Source: Rhodocyclaceae bacterium (GTDB lineage: Bacteria; Pseudomonadota; Gammaproteobacteria; Burkholderiales; Rhodocyclaceae). From it: a stretch of DNA of 64,000 nucleotides. Shown piece after piece: positions 1 through 9,581 of this stretch (position 1 is its first letter; each line of letters starts with the position of its first letter). A model generated the notes under the pieces. That model was not told where the DNA came from. It made no database searches and saw only the letters and a program-made list of their open reading frames with translations. Position numbers and translations under genes: made by a program. The stretch lies in contig DATFAA010000034.1 in the NCBI GenBank assembly GCA_035255045.1, forward strand, positions 26,435 to 90,434, in the 5' to 3' direction.

Positions 1-768
1 GGCCGGGATAGGCTGGTCAGGCAGCGCGTCGAGGAGGAGGCGGGCGCCGTCGCCGACCCGCACCTTTCCGGCCTCGCCGGCCGGCAGGTAGACGGACATG
101 TAGACGTCGGCCAGGTCCAGCAGGGTGAGGACCTTGCCCCCCGCCGCCAGGACCTCGCCGGGCTCGGCCAGGCGGTAGAGGACGCGGCCGGCAATGGGGG
201 ACTGGAGGCGGGTGTCGTCGAGGGTCGCCCGGATGCTGTCGACCCGGGCCTGGCTCGCCGCCAGGGCGGCCTCGGCCGCCGCTACCCGGCTGCGGGCCTG
301 GTCGAGGCCGGCGGCGGCGCCTTCCATGGCGGTCTGGTCGCGGTCCAGCCGGTCGCGGGTGACGAAGCCCCGGTCCACCAGCTCCCGGGAGCGCTGCAGG
401 GCCTTGCGGGCCAGGGCCAGGTCGGTGCCGGACTGGGCGACGCCTGCCCGGTTCTCATCCAGGCCCCGACGGGCCTGCACCACCTGGGCCTCGGCGGCGC
501 GCAGCTGGGCCCTGAGGTCGTCGGCGTCGAGCTCGGCCAGCACCTGGCCGCGGCCGACGTCGTCCCCCTCCTGCGCTGCCACGGCAAGGAGCCGGCCCGG
601 CACCTTGGTCGCCACATCCACTTCGGTGGCTTCCAGGCGGCCGTTGCCCCAGGCGATGTCCGGCGGCAGGGCGGGCCGGGAATGGTAGCGGACGAGGAGG
701 AAGGCGGCCCCTCCCAGGAGGAGCAGCGCCGCGAGGGCAAGGAGAAGACGGAGGTTGCGGGATGGCAT
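1..768 (-). CDS. HlyD-family membrane-fusion/secretion adaptor protein (C-terminus cut by window edge)
   Basis: My own minus-strand translation from the ATG at 768 reads MPSRNLRLLLALAALLLLGGAAFLLVRYHSRPALPPDIAWGNGRLEATEVDVATKVPGRLLAVAAQEGDDVGRGQVLAELDADDLRAQLRAAEAQV... It has one N-terminal TM anchor, a lipoyl-like strand and an Ala/Gln/Arg-rich coiled coil, typical of HlyD/YbhG adaptors. The frame stays open to base 1, so the gene is absent from the ORF track. Confidence 0.75.
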   Translation of the reverse strand, partial: MPSRNLRLLLALAALLLLGGAAFLLVRYHSRPALPPDIAWGNGRLEATEVDVATKVPGRLLAVAAQEGDDVGRGQVLAELDADDLRAQLRAAEAQVVQARRGLDENRAGVAQSGTDLALARKALQRSRELVDRGFVTRDRLDRDQTAMEGAAAGLDQARSRVAAAEAALAASQARVDSIRATLDDTRLQSPIAGRVLYRLAEPGEVLAAGGKVLTLLDLADVYMSVYLPAGEAGKVRVGDGARLLLDALPDQPIPA

Positions 769-853
769 TTTTGTTGGACTCCCGGAGCCCGGGCCCGGAG
801 GCCGGCGGGCGGCAAAACCATTATAGGAGCATTGCCCCTATTCGGACGACATT

Positions 854-879
854 GCCCCGCCCGTACGTACTGGCGGGGC
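854..879 (-). terminator. GC-rich hairpin downstream of the efflux/hydrolase operon (possible terminator)
   Basis: GCCCCGCC-N10-GGCGGGGC forms a perfect 8-bp stem 12 bp past the hydrolase stop. There is no convincing U-tract on the minus strand, hence the low confidence. Confidence 0.25.
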
Positions 880-890
880 GGCTTGTTTCC

Positions 891-1703
891 TCAGGCGGCC
901 TCGACGACGGCCTTGGCGTCGATCCAGCGGAGGATGTGGTCGGCGGCCTCCTTCCAGTGGTGGTCGATGAGGAACATGTGCCCGGCGCCGGGGACCCGGT
1001 AGATATCGGCCTGCCAGGGCAGGGCGGTGAAGAAGAGCATGGAGGCCGGGAAGACGGCATCCTCGGCGCCCCCGACCACCAGGGCCGGCAGCCGGCGGCG
1101 ACGGCGCGGCGGGCGGGCATGGAGGAGGGCCATCTCGGCCACCGCCCGGTCCGACTCGGGCCCGACCATGGGCAGGAAGCGCAGGATCTCGCTGCCCGTC
1201 GCGCCGGGTGAAAAATAGATCCTGGCCATGAGGTCGGTGACTTCCTCCGACACCTTGCCCTGCACCGCCTGTTCGAGGCTCTGGAAGAAGCTCGGGTGGC
1301 GCAGCGCCAGCTGCATGGCGCTCCCTGCCGTGCCGGTGGCGGGGACAGGGGCCAGGAAGACGGCCGCCTGGGCCTCGCCCCGCTCCAGGTAGCGCTGGAG
1401 CACCAGGGAGCCCATGGAGTGGCCGACGACGATGGCCGGCCGGCCGATTAGGGCCATGGCATGGGCGACATCGTCGGCATAGTCGTCGATGCCGAACTCG
1501 TGGAGGCGCTCCCGGCCCTCGCTGGCGCCGTGTCCCGACAGGTCCAGGGCGAAGCAGTCGTAGCCCTGGGCCAGGAAAAAGGGCACGAAGGCATACTCCC
1601 AGCAGGTGGAATCGACGTAGGCGCCATGGACGAAGAGGATGGCGCCCCGGCTCATCCCGGTGGCGGACGGGTAGCTGTGAATCCGGAGGCGCCGGGGGCT
1701 CAT
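891..1703 (-). CDS. alpha/beta-fold hydrolase (lysophospholipase/esterase-like)
   Basis: This is the last 270 aa of ORF 891..2936 (MSPRRLRIHSY...). It carries HG (FVHGAY), the nucleophile elbow GHSMGS, and a late GAGHMF His motif. Its start ATG overlaps the OMF stop (ATGA at 1700-1703). The upstream 411 aa of the ORF are an out-of-gene read-through artefact. Confidence 0.85.
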   Translation of the reverse strand: MSPRRLRIHSYPSATGMSRGAILFVHGAYVDSTCWEYAFVPFFLAQGYDCFALDLSGHGASEGRERLHEFGIDDYADDVAHAMALIGRPAIVVGHSMGSLVLQRYLERGEAQAAVFLAPVPATGTAGSAMQLALRHPSFFQSLEQAVQGKVSEEVTDLMARIYFSPGATGSEILRFLPMVGPESDRAVAEMALLHARPPRRRRRLPALVVGGAEDAVFPASMLFFTALPWQADIYRVPGAGHMFLIDHHWKEAADHILRWIDAKAVVEAA

Positions 1704-3088
1704 TTCCAGCCGCCTCCCAGGGCCTTGAAGAGGCCGACGGCGGAGGCCAGGCGGTCCTGACGGACGGCGATGGCGGCCTGCTCGGCGTCGTTGAGGGTGC
1801 GCTGGGCGTCCAGCACTTCCAGGTAGCCGACGTAGCCGGCCTCGTAGCGGATGCGGGAGAGTTCGAGACCCTTGCGCGCCCGGTCCACCCGGGTGGCCTG
1901 GGCGGCTTCCGCCTCGCCGTTCTCCCGCAGGCTGACCAGGGCGTCCCGGACTTCCTTGTAGGCCACCTGCAGGGCGTTCTGCCAGGTCACCAGGGATTGC
2001 TGGTTGAGGGCCTTGGCCTGGTCCACCCGGGCGGCGGTGCGGCCGAAGTCGAGGACGGGCATGAGCAGGCCGAGGCCGAGGGCCCAGGTGCTGGAGCCGG
2101 CGCTGAACAGGTCGGCCAGGGTCCTGCTCTCGCTGCCCAGGCTGCCGGTGAGGGTGAAGCGGGGGTAGTAGCCGGCCTTGGCGATGCCAATCTGGGCATT
2201 GGCGGCGATCAGCTCGGCCTCGGCCTGGCGCACGTCCGGCCGCGCCTCGATGAGGTCGGAGGGCAGCCCGGCCGGCGGCAGGGGCGGCAGGGGCAGCTGG
2301 GCGAGGTCGCCGGCCGGAACCTTGAGGTCCGGGTTGCCGGTGAGCAGGGCCAGCTGGTGCTCGGCCAGGGCGCGCAGGCGGCGCAGGTCGGAGAGCTGGG
2401 CCTGGGCGGCGGCCAGGGCGCCCTCGGCCTGGTAGGAGTCGAGGGAAGAGGTCAGCCCGGCGTCGGTGCGGGTGCGCACCAGTTTGAGGCTCTCCTCCCG
2501 GGTCCGCAGGGTCTCGGCATTCACCGCCAGCATGGCGTCGTAGGCCCGCAGGGACAGGTAGCCGCTGGCCACCAGGCCGGCGACGCTGAGCCGGATGGCG
2601 TCCCGGGAATACTCGCTGGCCAGCAGGGTCGCCTGGCTGGCTTCGGTGCCGCGCCGCACCCGGCCCCAGACGTCCGCTTCGTAGGAAGTGGTGAGGGCGG
2701 CGCTGCGGGAGCGGCGGATGGTGGGCAGCCCGGGGAAGAAGGAAGCGCTCTTGGTGCTGGCCTTGGAATTGGTGGCGCCGGCGCTGGCGTCGATTTCCGG
2801 GAAGAAGGCGGCGCCGGCCTCCCGGGCGGCGGCCTCGGCCTGGTCCACCCGGGCGATGGCCTGGCGCAGGTCGGCGTTGTTCTTCAGGGCCTGGTCCACC
2901 AGGCCGTCGAGGGTGGCGTCCTGGAACAGGGTCCACCAGCGGGCATTCACCGCCGCCGCCGGCTGGCCGGCGGGCTGGGCTTCACCGTAGGCGGCCGGCA
3001 GGGGCGAGGCGGGGCGCACGTAGTCGGGGCCGACGGCGCAGCCGGCCAGGGCCAGGGCGGCGAGGATGGGGGTCAGACGGAACATCAT
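1700..3088 (-). CDS. RND efflux outer-membrane factor lipoprotein (NodT/OprM family)
   Basis: The true start is MMFRLTPILAALALAGCAVGPDYVRP, with the lipobox LAGC and the conserved GPDY motif. Two TolC-like repeats follow. The start overlaps the RND pump stop at 3085-3088. Confidence 0.9.
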   Translation of the reverse strand: MMFRLTPILAALALAGCAVGPDYVRPASPLPAAYGEAQPAGQPAAAVNARWWTLFQDATLDGLVDQALKNNADLRQAIARVDQAEAAAREAGAAFFPEIDASAGATNSKASTKSASFFPGLPTIRRSRSAALTTSYEADVWGRVRRGTEASQATLLASEYSRDAIRLSVAGLVASGYLSLRAYDAMLAVNAETLRTREESLKLVRTRTDAGLTSSLDSYQAEGALAAAQAQLSDLRRLRALAEHQLALLTGNPDLKVPAGDLAQLPLPPLPPAGLPSDLIEARPDVRQAEAELIAANAQIGIAKAGYYPRFTLTGSLGSESRTLADLFSAGSSTWALGLGLLMPVLDFGRTAARVDQAKALNQQSLVTWQNALQVAYKEVRDALVSLRENGEAEAAQATRVDRARKGLELSRIRYEAGYVGYLEVLDAQRTLNDAEQAAIAVRQDRLASAVGLFKALGGGWK

Positions 3089-6000
3089 TCTTTGTCCTCC
3101 TCGGCGTCGTAGTCGACGCGGGATGGGTCGATCTGCTTGCCCCGCTCCAGCCACTTGAAGAACAGGGGCACGAACAGGGTGGCGATGAAGGTGGCGGCCA
3201 GCATGCCGCCAAAGACGCCGGTGCCCATGGACTGGCGGGCGGCGGCACCGGCGCCGGTGGCCTTGACCAGGGGGAAGACCCCGAGGACGAAGGCCAGGGA
3301 GGTCATGACGATGGGCCGCAGGCGCAGGCGCGCCGCTTCGATGGCGGCATCGGCCACCTTCATCCCTTCCGAGTACTTCTGGGCGGCGAACTCGACGATC
3401 AGGATGGCGTTCTTGGAGGCCAGGCCGATCAGCACCACCAGGCCGATCTGGAAGTAGATGTCGTTGGGCATGCCCCGCAGCCAGATGGCGGTCAGGGCCC
3501 CCATCAGGGCGAAGGGCACGGCCATGACCACGGCGACGGGCAGGGACCACTTCTCGTACTGGGCAGCCAGGATCAGGAAGACCATGACGATGGCGAAGCC
3601 GAAGGCCTGCAGGGAGGAGCCGGAGGTGCGCTTCTCCTGGAAGGCCTGGCCGGTCCACGAGATGCTGTAGCCGGTGGGCAGCGTCTCGGCGGCTACCTGC
3701 TCGACGATCTTGATGGCGTCGCCGGAGCTGATGCCGGGGCGGCTGTCACCCATGACCTTGGCGGCGATGAAGCCGTTGAAGCGCTCCACCTGCTCCGGGC
3801 CGACAATGTCGCGGACCCGGCTGATAGCGGAGAGGGGGATCATGGCGTCGGTGGTGGCGCTCTTCACATAGACCTTGCCGATATCCTGGGGCTTCATGCG
3901 GTAGTTGGCCTCGGCCTGGAGCTGGACCCGGTACACCCGTCCCGACTTGTTGAAGTCATTGACGTAGAGGGCGCCCATGGTGCTCTGCAGGGTCGAGTAG
4001 ATGTCGGCGATGGGAATGCCCAGGGCCAGGGCCTTCTGCTCGTCCACCTCGACGAAGAGCTGGGGCACGGTGGGCCGGAAGAAGGTCGAGATGCGGGTGA
4101 ACTCCGGATGCTTCTTCAAGGCCTCCATGAAGGTCTGGGTGACCTCGTTGAGCTTGCGGGCATCGCCGTCCACGCGGTTCTGGACATAGACCTCGAAGCC
4201 GCCGGCGCTGCCCAGGCCCATGATGGGGGGCGGGTTGAAAACCAGGCCCATGCCGTCGGGCTGCATCATGCCGATGCCCATGAACTTGCCCACCAGGTCC
4301 TGGGCCTTGCTCGGGCGCTCGCTCCAGTCCTTCAAGGGAATGAACATGGTGCCGGCATTGGGCTTGTTGCCGCCGCCGATGAGGTCGAAGCCGGAAACGA
4401 TGAAGGTGTGCATCACCGATTGGTCCTGGGCGATCATCTGGCGCATGCCTTCGCCGGTCTTCTCGGTGCGCTTCAGGGTGGCGCCGTCGGGCAGCATGAG
4501 GGCCGAGATGAGGTAGCCCTGGTCCTCCGCCGGCACGAAGGCGCCGGGGATGAAGCGGAAAAAGGCGGCGGTGGCGCCCACCACCAGCAGGAAGACGAGG
4601 CCGCCGACGATGCCGTGCTTCATGGTGAAGCCGACGGTGCGGGTGTAGTTGTGGGTCAGGCGCTCGAAGGTGCGGTTGAAGGGCGCGAACCACTTGTTCT
4701 CGGTGTGCTGGGCCTTGAGCAGGATGGCGCAGAGGGCCGGGGTGAGGGTCAGGGCCACCACGCCGGAGAGGACCACGGCCACCGCCACGGTGACGGCGAA
4801 CTGCTTGTAGAGCTGGCCGGCGATGCCCCCCAGGAAGGCGACCGGGATGAACACCGCGCACAGCACCAGGACGATGGCCACCAGGGCGCTCTGCACCTGG
4901 TGCATGGCCTTGATGGCGGCCTGCTTGGGCGGCAGCTTCTCCTCGGCCATCAGGCGCTCGACGTTCTCCAGCACGACGATGGCGTCGTCCACCACGATGC
5001 CGATGGCCAGCACCATGGCGAACAGGGTCAGGGTGTTGATGGAGAAGCCGAACAACCAGAGGCCGGCGAAGGTGCCGATCAGGGAGATGGGCACGGCCAC
5101 CATGGGGATCAGGGTCGCCCGCCAGCTCTGGAGGAAGACGAAGACCACCGCCAGCACCAGGATCATGGCCTCGATCAGGGTGTGCATGACCTCGTGGATG
5201 GAGGCCGACACGAAGCGGGTGGTGTCGAAGGGGATGACGTAGTCCATGCCCTCGGGGAACTTGGCCTTGAGCTCGGCGATCTTGGTGCGCACGGCGTCGG
5301 CCACTTCCAGGGCGTTGGCGCCGGTCTGCAGGAAGACGCCCATGGCGATGGTGGGCTGGCCGTCCAGGGTGACCCGCTGGTCGTAGCTGTAGGCCCCCAG
5401 CTCGATGCGGGCGATGTCCTTCAGGCGCAGCAGGCCGCCGGGGCCGCTGGCGCGGATGACGATGTTGCCGAACTCCGCCTCGGTGAGCAGACGGCCCTTG
5501 GCAGTCACCGTGTAGACCAGCATCTGGTCGTTGGGGGCCGGCTCCTGGCCGATCTTGCCGGCGGCGTTCTGGGCGTTCTGGGCGTTGATGGCGTTGGCCA
5601 CCTCGGCCGTGGTGAGGCGCAGCTGGGCCATGCGGTCGGGCCGCAGCCAGATGCGCATGGAGTAGTCCTGGGCGCCGAAGATGGTGACGTCGCCGACGCC
5701 CTTGACCCGCTTCAGCTCATCCACGATGTTGAGGCTGGCGTAGTTGGACAGGAAGAGGGTGTTGTAGCGGCCCTGTTCCGACTTCAGCGCCACCACCTGC
5801 AGGATGTCGTTGGAGCGTTTCTGCACGATCACGCCGTTGCGCCGCACGGTTTCCGGCAGGCGCGGCTCGGCGGCCTTGACCCGGTTGTTCACGTTCACCG
5901 CCGCCATGTCCACGTTGGAGCCCACCTCGAAGGTGGCGGTGATGGTGACCGTGCCGTTGGCGGTGGCCGACGAGGTGAAGTAGAGCATGTTCTCCACCCC

Positions 6001-6210
6001 GTTCAGCTGCTCCTCGATGGGGGCGGCGACGGTCTTGGCCAGGGTCTCGGCGGAGGCGCCGGGGTAGGTGGCGGTGATCAGCACCGTCGGCGGCGCGATC
6101 TGGGGATACTGGGCCACCGGCAGCACCTGGGCGGCGACTAGCCCGGCGATGACGATGATGATGGAGATGACCGACGCGAAAATGGGCCGGTTGATGAAGA
6201 ATCTCGACAT
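3085..6210 (-). CDS. RND multidrug efflux permease, HAE1 family (AcrB/MexB-like)
   Basis: 1041 aa. The N-terminus MSRFFINRPIFASVISIIIVIAGL... is the hallmark AcrB start. The protein has 12-TM architecture with two large periplasmic loops. Confidence 0.95.
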   Translation of the reverse strand: MSRFFINRPIFASVISIIIVIAGLVAAQVLPVAQYPQIAPPTVLITATYPGASAETLAKTVAAPIEEQLNGVENMLYFTSSATANGTVTITATFEVGSNVDMAAVNVNNRVKAAEPRLPETVRRNGVIVQKRSNDILQVVALKSEQGRYNTLFLSNYASLNIVDELKRVKGVGDVTIFGAQDYSMRIWLRPDRMAQLRLTTAEVANAINAQNAQNAAGKIGQEPAPNDQMLVYTVTAKGRLLTEAEFGNIVIRASGPGGLLRLKDIARIELGAYSYDQRVTLDGQPTIAMGVFLQTGANALEVADAVRTKIAELKAKFPEGMDYVIPFDTTRFVSASIHEVMHTLIEAMILVLAVVFVFLQSWRATLIPMVAVPISLIGTFAGLWLFGFSINTLTLFAMVLAIGIVVDDAIVVLENVERLMAEEKLPPKQAAIKAMHQVQSALVAIVLVLCAVFIPVAFLGGIAGQLYKQFAVTVAVAVVLSGVVALTLTPALCAILLKAQHTENKWFAPFNRTFERLTHNYTRTVGFTMKHGIVGGLVFLLVVGATAAFFRFIPGAFVPAEDQGYLISALMLPDGATLKRTEKTGEGMRQMIAQDQSVMHTFIVSGFDLIGGGNKPNAGTMFIPLKDWSERPSKAQDLVGKFMGIGMMQPDGMGLVFNPPPIMGLGSAGGFEVYVQNRVDGDARKLNEVTQTFMEALKKHPEFTRISTFFRPTVPQLFVEVDEQKALALGIPIADIYSTLQSTMGALYVNDFNKSGRVYRVQLQAEANYRMKPQDIGKVYVKSATTDAMIPLSAISRVRDIVGPEQVERFNGFIAAKVMGDSRPGISSGDAIKIVEQVAAETLPTGYSISWTGQAFQEKRTSGSSLQAFGFAIVMVFLILAAQYEKWSLPVAVVMAVPFALMGALTAIWLRGMPNDIYFQIGLVVLIGLASKNAILIVEFAAQKYSEGMKVADAAIEAARLRLRPIVMTSLAFVLGVFPLVKATGAGAAARQSMGTGVFGGMLAATFIATLFVPLFFKWLERGKQIDPSRVDYDAEEDKE

Positions 6211-6222
6211 TTATTCCGCTCC

Positions 6223-7356
6223 TCAGCCCTGCTTGGCCGGTGCGCCGGCCGCCGGGGCGGCGCCGGGAGCCACCGGCGGATGGGGATTGACGGGCATGCC
6301 CGGGCGCAGCTTGATCAGGTTGTCGACGATGACCTTGTCGCCGGCCTTGAGGCCGCCCTGGATGACCCAGTCCTTGCCCAGCCATTCGCCGGCCTTGACC
6401 GGGCGCGGGGCCACTTTCTGCTGGCCATCGACGGTCATCACCAGGGTGCCCTGCTCGGTCTGCAGCACCGCCGACTGGGGCACCAGGAAGACGCCGTCCT
6501 GCTCGCCGGTGAGGAGCCGCACCCGCACGAACTGGCCGGGCAGCAGGCCCTGGGCCGGGTTGGGGAATTCGGCCCGGAGCTGCTGGGTGCCGAGGGTGGG
6601 ATCGATGTTGGAGGCGAGGAAATTGAGCTTGCCGCGCTGGGCATAGGAGGAGCCGTCCGGCAGCACTACCTCGACGCCGCTGACGTCCTTGGCGGTTACC
6701 CGCTTGCTCGGGAACTTGGCGAGATCGCTTTCCCCCAGGGAGAAGCGCACCCAGATGGGATTGGTCTGGTAGATGGAAGTGAGCAGGCTGTCGGCGCCGG
6801 TGGAGATGAGGTTGCCTTCCGACTTGACGGCCCGGCCGCTGGTGCCGGCCACCGGCGCGGTGACCGTGGTCCACGCCAGGTTGAGTTCGGCCTGGCGCAG
6901 GGCGGCCTGGGCCACGGCATTGGCCGAGGCGGCGTCGTCGTAGTCCTTCTGGGCGATGGCCTTGGCTTCGGCCAGGCCCTTCAGGCGGGCGGCTTCCCGG
7001 GCCGTCTGCTCGGCCTTGGCCTTGGCCTCGGCCAGGGCGATCTCGTAGGGGGCGCGGTCGATCTGGAACAGGGGCTGGCCGGCCTTGACCGTTTCGCCTT
7101 CCTGGAACAGCCGCTTCATGAGGATGCCGCCGACCCGGGCGCGCACCTCGGTTTCCCGGGCGCCTTCGGTCTGGGCCATGATCTCGATGGAGGTCGGCAC
7201 CTTCTTGGGCTGCATTTCGAGGACGGTCACCGGCATCGGGCCCTGGGCGGGCACCGCCGGCTTTTCGGAGGAACATCCGGCCAGGGTGGCACCCAGAAGG
7301 GCGGAGGTGAAGAGCAGGGCGATGGCGGGTCGGCGGGGCAAGAAGGCGGCAGTCAC
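6223..7356 (-). CDS. RND efflux periplasmic adaptor (membrane fusion protein, AcrA/MexA-like lipoprotein)
   Basis: It has the lipobox LAGCSS, a coiled-coil hairpin and a beta-barrel domain. I prefer the GTG start at 7356 (VTAAFLPRRPAIALLF...), which is preceded by AGGAAA. The ATG at 7458 would leave only 36 bp to the divergent TetR gene. The start is uncertain. Confidence 0.85.
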   Translation of the reverse strand: MTAAFLPRRPAIALLFTSALLGATLAGCSSEKPAVPAQGPMPVTVLEMQPKKVPTSIEIMAQTEGARETEVRARVGGILMKRLFQEGETVKAGQPLFQIDRAPYEIALAEAKAKAEQTAREAARLKGLAEAKAIAQKDYDDAASANAVAQAALRQAELNLAWTTVTAPVAGTSGRAVKSEGNLISTGADSLLTSIYQTNPIWVRFSLGESDLAKFPSKRVTAKDVSGVEVVLPDGSSYAQRGKLNFLASNIDPTLGTQQLRAEFPNPAQGLLPGQFVRVRLLTGEQDGVFLVPQSAVLQTEQGTLVMTVDGQQKVAPRPVKAGEWLGKDWVIQGGLKAGDKVIVDNLIKLRPGMPVNPHPPVAPGAAPAAGAPAKQG

Positions 7357-7398
7357 GGCGGTTTTCCTGTGGATACGATCTCTGGTAGGATTATATAC

Positions 7399-7424
7399 AT
7401 GCACGGATGTTTGTAATAGTGCAT
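7399..7424. promoter_or_regulatory. candidate TetR operator in the divergent tetR/efflux intergenic region
   Basis: ATGCAC-N14-GTGCAT inverted repeat embedded in an AT-rich stretch (TATATACATGCACGGATGTTTGTAATAGTGCATAAAAA) between the two divergent starts. Confidence 0.3.
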
Positions 7425-7493
7425 AAAAACGAGCGGCGGATGCGTCCGGATGTCGCACCGGGGCTTAGAGACGAGATCGGGAAGCAGGGTTGT

Positions 7494-8111
7494 ATGGTCA
7501 GGAAAACCAAGGAAGAGGCGGAGAAGACCCGCAAGGACATCATTGATGCGGCGCGCCGCGTCTTCCACGAGCACGGCGTCGCCCGCTCGACCCTGGAGGT
7601 GATCGCCAAGGAGGCGGGAGTGACCCGGGGGGCGGTGTATTGGCACTTCGAGAACAAGGCCGACCTCTTCTTCGCCATGCGGGAGGACGTCTTCGTGCCC
7701 ATGATCGAACGCACCGACGAGCCCCTCCTGTCGAACCGCTTCGCCGATCCCCTGGACGCCATCGAAGCCTCCCTCAAGGAGTTTTTCCGGGTGCTGGACG
7801 AATGCTCGGTGGTGCGGGAGGTCTTCGAGATCATGCTGTCGCGCTGCGAATACGTGGACGAATTCGCAGCTGTGCAGGAGGAGGTGTGCCGCCCTGCCCA
7901 GGTTTTCCTCGACAAGCTGGAACGGGTGTACCTGCAGGCGGTGGCCAAGGGGACCCTGCGCCAGGGCCTCGATCCCCTGGCCACGGCCCGGGACACCTGG
8001 GCCTTCACCACCGGCCTGCTGCATCTGCTGCTCAGTTCCAAGGCCATCGACGGGCGGGATGTCCAGGTCCCGGCGATGATCGCCGGCCACATGGCCTTGC
8101 GTCGGCGCTAG
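7494..8111 (+). CDS. TetR/AcrR-family transcriptional repressor of the adjacent efflux operon
   Basis: MVRKTKEEAEKTRKDIIDAARRVFHEHGVARSTLEVIAKEAGVTRGAVYWHFENKADLF is the canonical TetR_N HTH. The gene is divergent from the MFP gene. Confidence 0.9.
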   Translation: MVRKTKEEAEKTRKDIIDAARRVFHEHGVARSTLEVIAKEAGVTRGAVYWHFENKADLFFAMREDVFVPMIERTDEPLLSNRFADPLDAIEASLKEFFRVLDECSVVREVFEIMLSRCEYVDEFAAVQEEVCRPAQVFLDKLERVYLQAVAKGTLRQGLDPLATARDTWAFTTGLLHLLLSSKAIDGRDVQVPAMIAGHMALRRR

Positions 8112-8121
8112 ATCCGCAAGC

Positions 8122-9180
8122 CTAGAACTGGAACAGGGTCAGGCCCAGCCCGATGCTCGCCTGGCGGCGGTTGTAGTCGAGCAGGGTTTCCCCATAGCCG
8201 GCGAATAGCTGGACATACCAGCGCAGGCCGGTGGGCTGCTCGCGGCTCACCGGGTAGGTCCAGTCCGCCTGCAGGGACCCCCGGGACAGGGATTTCCGGT
8301 TGCTGCGCCAGGTGAGGGAGGCGGTGGACGGCCCGGGCAGCCAGGAGGCGGTGATTTCCGTGTCGCCGATGTAGCGGGTGAGGTCCGGGTTGTCGTCGCC
8401 GTTGCCTTCCTGCAGGCGGTGATTGCCCCGTACCTGGAGCAGGAAGTCGCCCCGCTCGAAGGCGGCGCCGGCGTAGACGTAATTCCAACTGCGGGACAGG
8501 GGGTCGCTCTGGCCATTGGATTGGTGGGCCAGTCCCAACTGCACCATGCGCAGCCGCCAATCCGCCGGCAGGGTGCCGAGGGAGCGGGGCACCGGCACCA
8601 CGTAGATGGCTTCGGGCTGGTAGTCGGTGCTCCTGAACGGCGCCGAATCCCGCCGGTTCCACACCTGCCAGAGGGAGCGCTGGGTGTAGGCGAACCACAG
8701 GTCGGCGTGGGGCAGGAGCACGTTCTCGGCCATCTTGGCCCGCAGGGATATCTGAAGCTTGGCCTCCTGGCGGCGGTAATGGTTCTGGCCGTCCGTTCCC
8801 GGATGGGTCGGGCTGAAGGGGTGGCGGTTGATGTTCGACGTGTAGTGCACCGGCAGCAGGAAATTGGGCTGGTAGGTGCGGACGATGAAGGGGCCGCGCT
8901 TGTCCCCGGGCTCCAGTTCCCAGAAGACGCTCAAGGGGGTCGAGGCATCGGGCGGCAGCAACCCGCTTCCGGCAGGTGCCCCGCTGACGTCGGGGGGCAG
9001 GATCTCGCTGCCGACGGCGTGCTCGGGTTCGCCGAACAGGCGGTCGTAGCAGGCCAGCCGCCGGGTGCTGTCGGCCTCGTGCCGGCAGGCCGCCACGGTC
9101 TGGGCGTCCGCCGCGGTAGCCAGCAGCGCCAGGCCGGCGGCGAAGATGCAACGACGAGCGGATGATTGCCTTGTAGCCAT
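8122..9180 (-). CDS. pldA: outer-membrane phospholipase A (OMPLA)
   Basis: Signal peptide MATRQSSARRCIFAAGLALLATAADA. The catalytic block LAHQSNGQSDPLSRSWNYVY compares with E. coli HDSNGRSDPTSRSWNRLY, recalled from memory. The C-terminus has a beta-barrel Phe (LTLFQF). Confidence 0.85.
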   Translation of the reverse strand: MATRQSSARRCIFAAGLALLATAADAQTVAACRHEADSTRRLACYDRLFGEPEHAVGSEILPPDVSGAPAGSGLLPPDASTPLSVFWELEPGDKRGPFIVRTYQPNFLLPVHYTSNINRHPFSPTHPGTDGQNHYRRQEAKLQISLRAKMAENVLLPHADLWFAYTQRSLWQVWNRRDSAPFRSTDYQPEAIYVVPVPRSLGTLPADWRLRMVQLGLAHQSNGQSDPLSRSWNYVYAGAAFERGDFLLQVRGNHRLQEGNGDDNPDLTRYIGDTEITASWLPGPSTASLTWRSNRKSLSRGSLQADWTYPVSREQPTGLRWYVQLFAGYGETLLDYNRRQASIGLGLTLFQF

Positions 9181-9425
9181 GCCCGGTGCCGATTGCCAGA
9201 GAGATGAACCCGTTTGTCCAACGGTACATGGGATGACATCCGCACGCAATTGCCTAGACCGGAAAAATGCCGGCAGCGTTCCATGCATCTGTCGTCGGCC
9301 CCATGGCCGCGGCATGGCCGACACATCTTCTTACAATCTCCGGCCCGGCTTTACATTTTCCGGGGCGATTTGGCGGGGGAATCCGTGCGGTAATAGGGCG
9401 TCGAAATGCTGGACAGGAGTGCCCC

Positions 9426-9545
9426 ATGGAAACCGATCTGGTTGAAATGCTGCTTGGCGCAGCTGCCATCGCCGTGGCTCCCAATGCCCTGGTTGCCGCC
9501 TTCGAGGTGCTGCGGCGCCGCCTGACCCTGCTGCGCGCCGGCTAG
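9426..9545 (+). CDS. hypothetical 39-aa hydrophobic small protein
   Basis: AGGAG lies 6 nt upstream of the ATG. The product is METDLVEMLLGAAAIAVAPNALVAAFEVLRRRLTLLRAG, with GC-rich third positions. I see no recognisable homology. Confidence 0.25.
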   Translation: METDLVEMLLGAAAIAVAPNALVAAFEVLRRRLTLLRAG

Positions 9546-9581
9546 GCGCCCCGATCCGCCATCCCTGACCTGGAGAATCCG

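Noticed and set aside
4108-6141. 677-aa plus-strand ORF inside the RND pump gene, with similar long antisense ORFs at 1997-3112, 12986-15577, 28508-30580, 31020-33056, 33920-36124 and 43587-45245
   Set aside because: All lie antisense to genes with strong family signatures, and all have the Gly/Ala/Asp/His/Arg-rich composition expected from reading GC-rich codons backwards.
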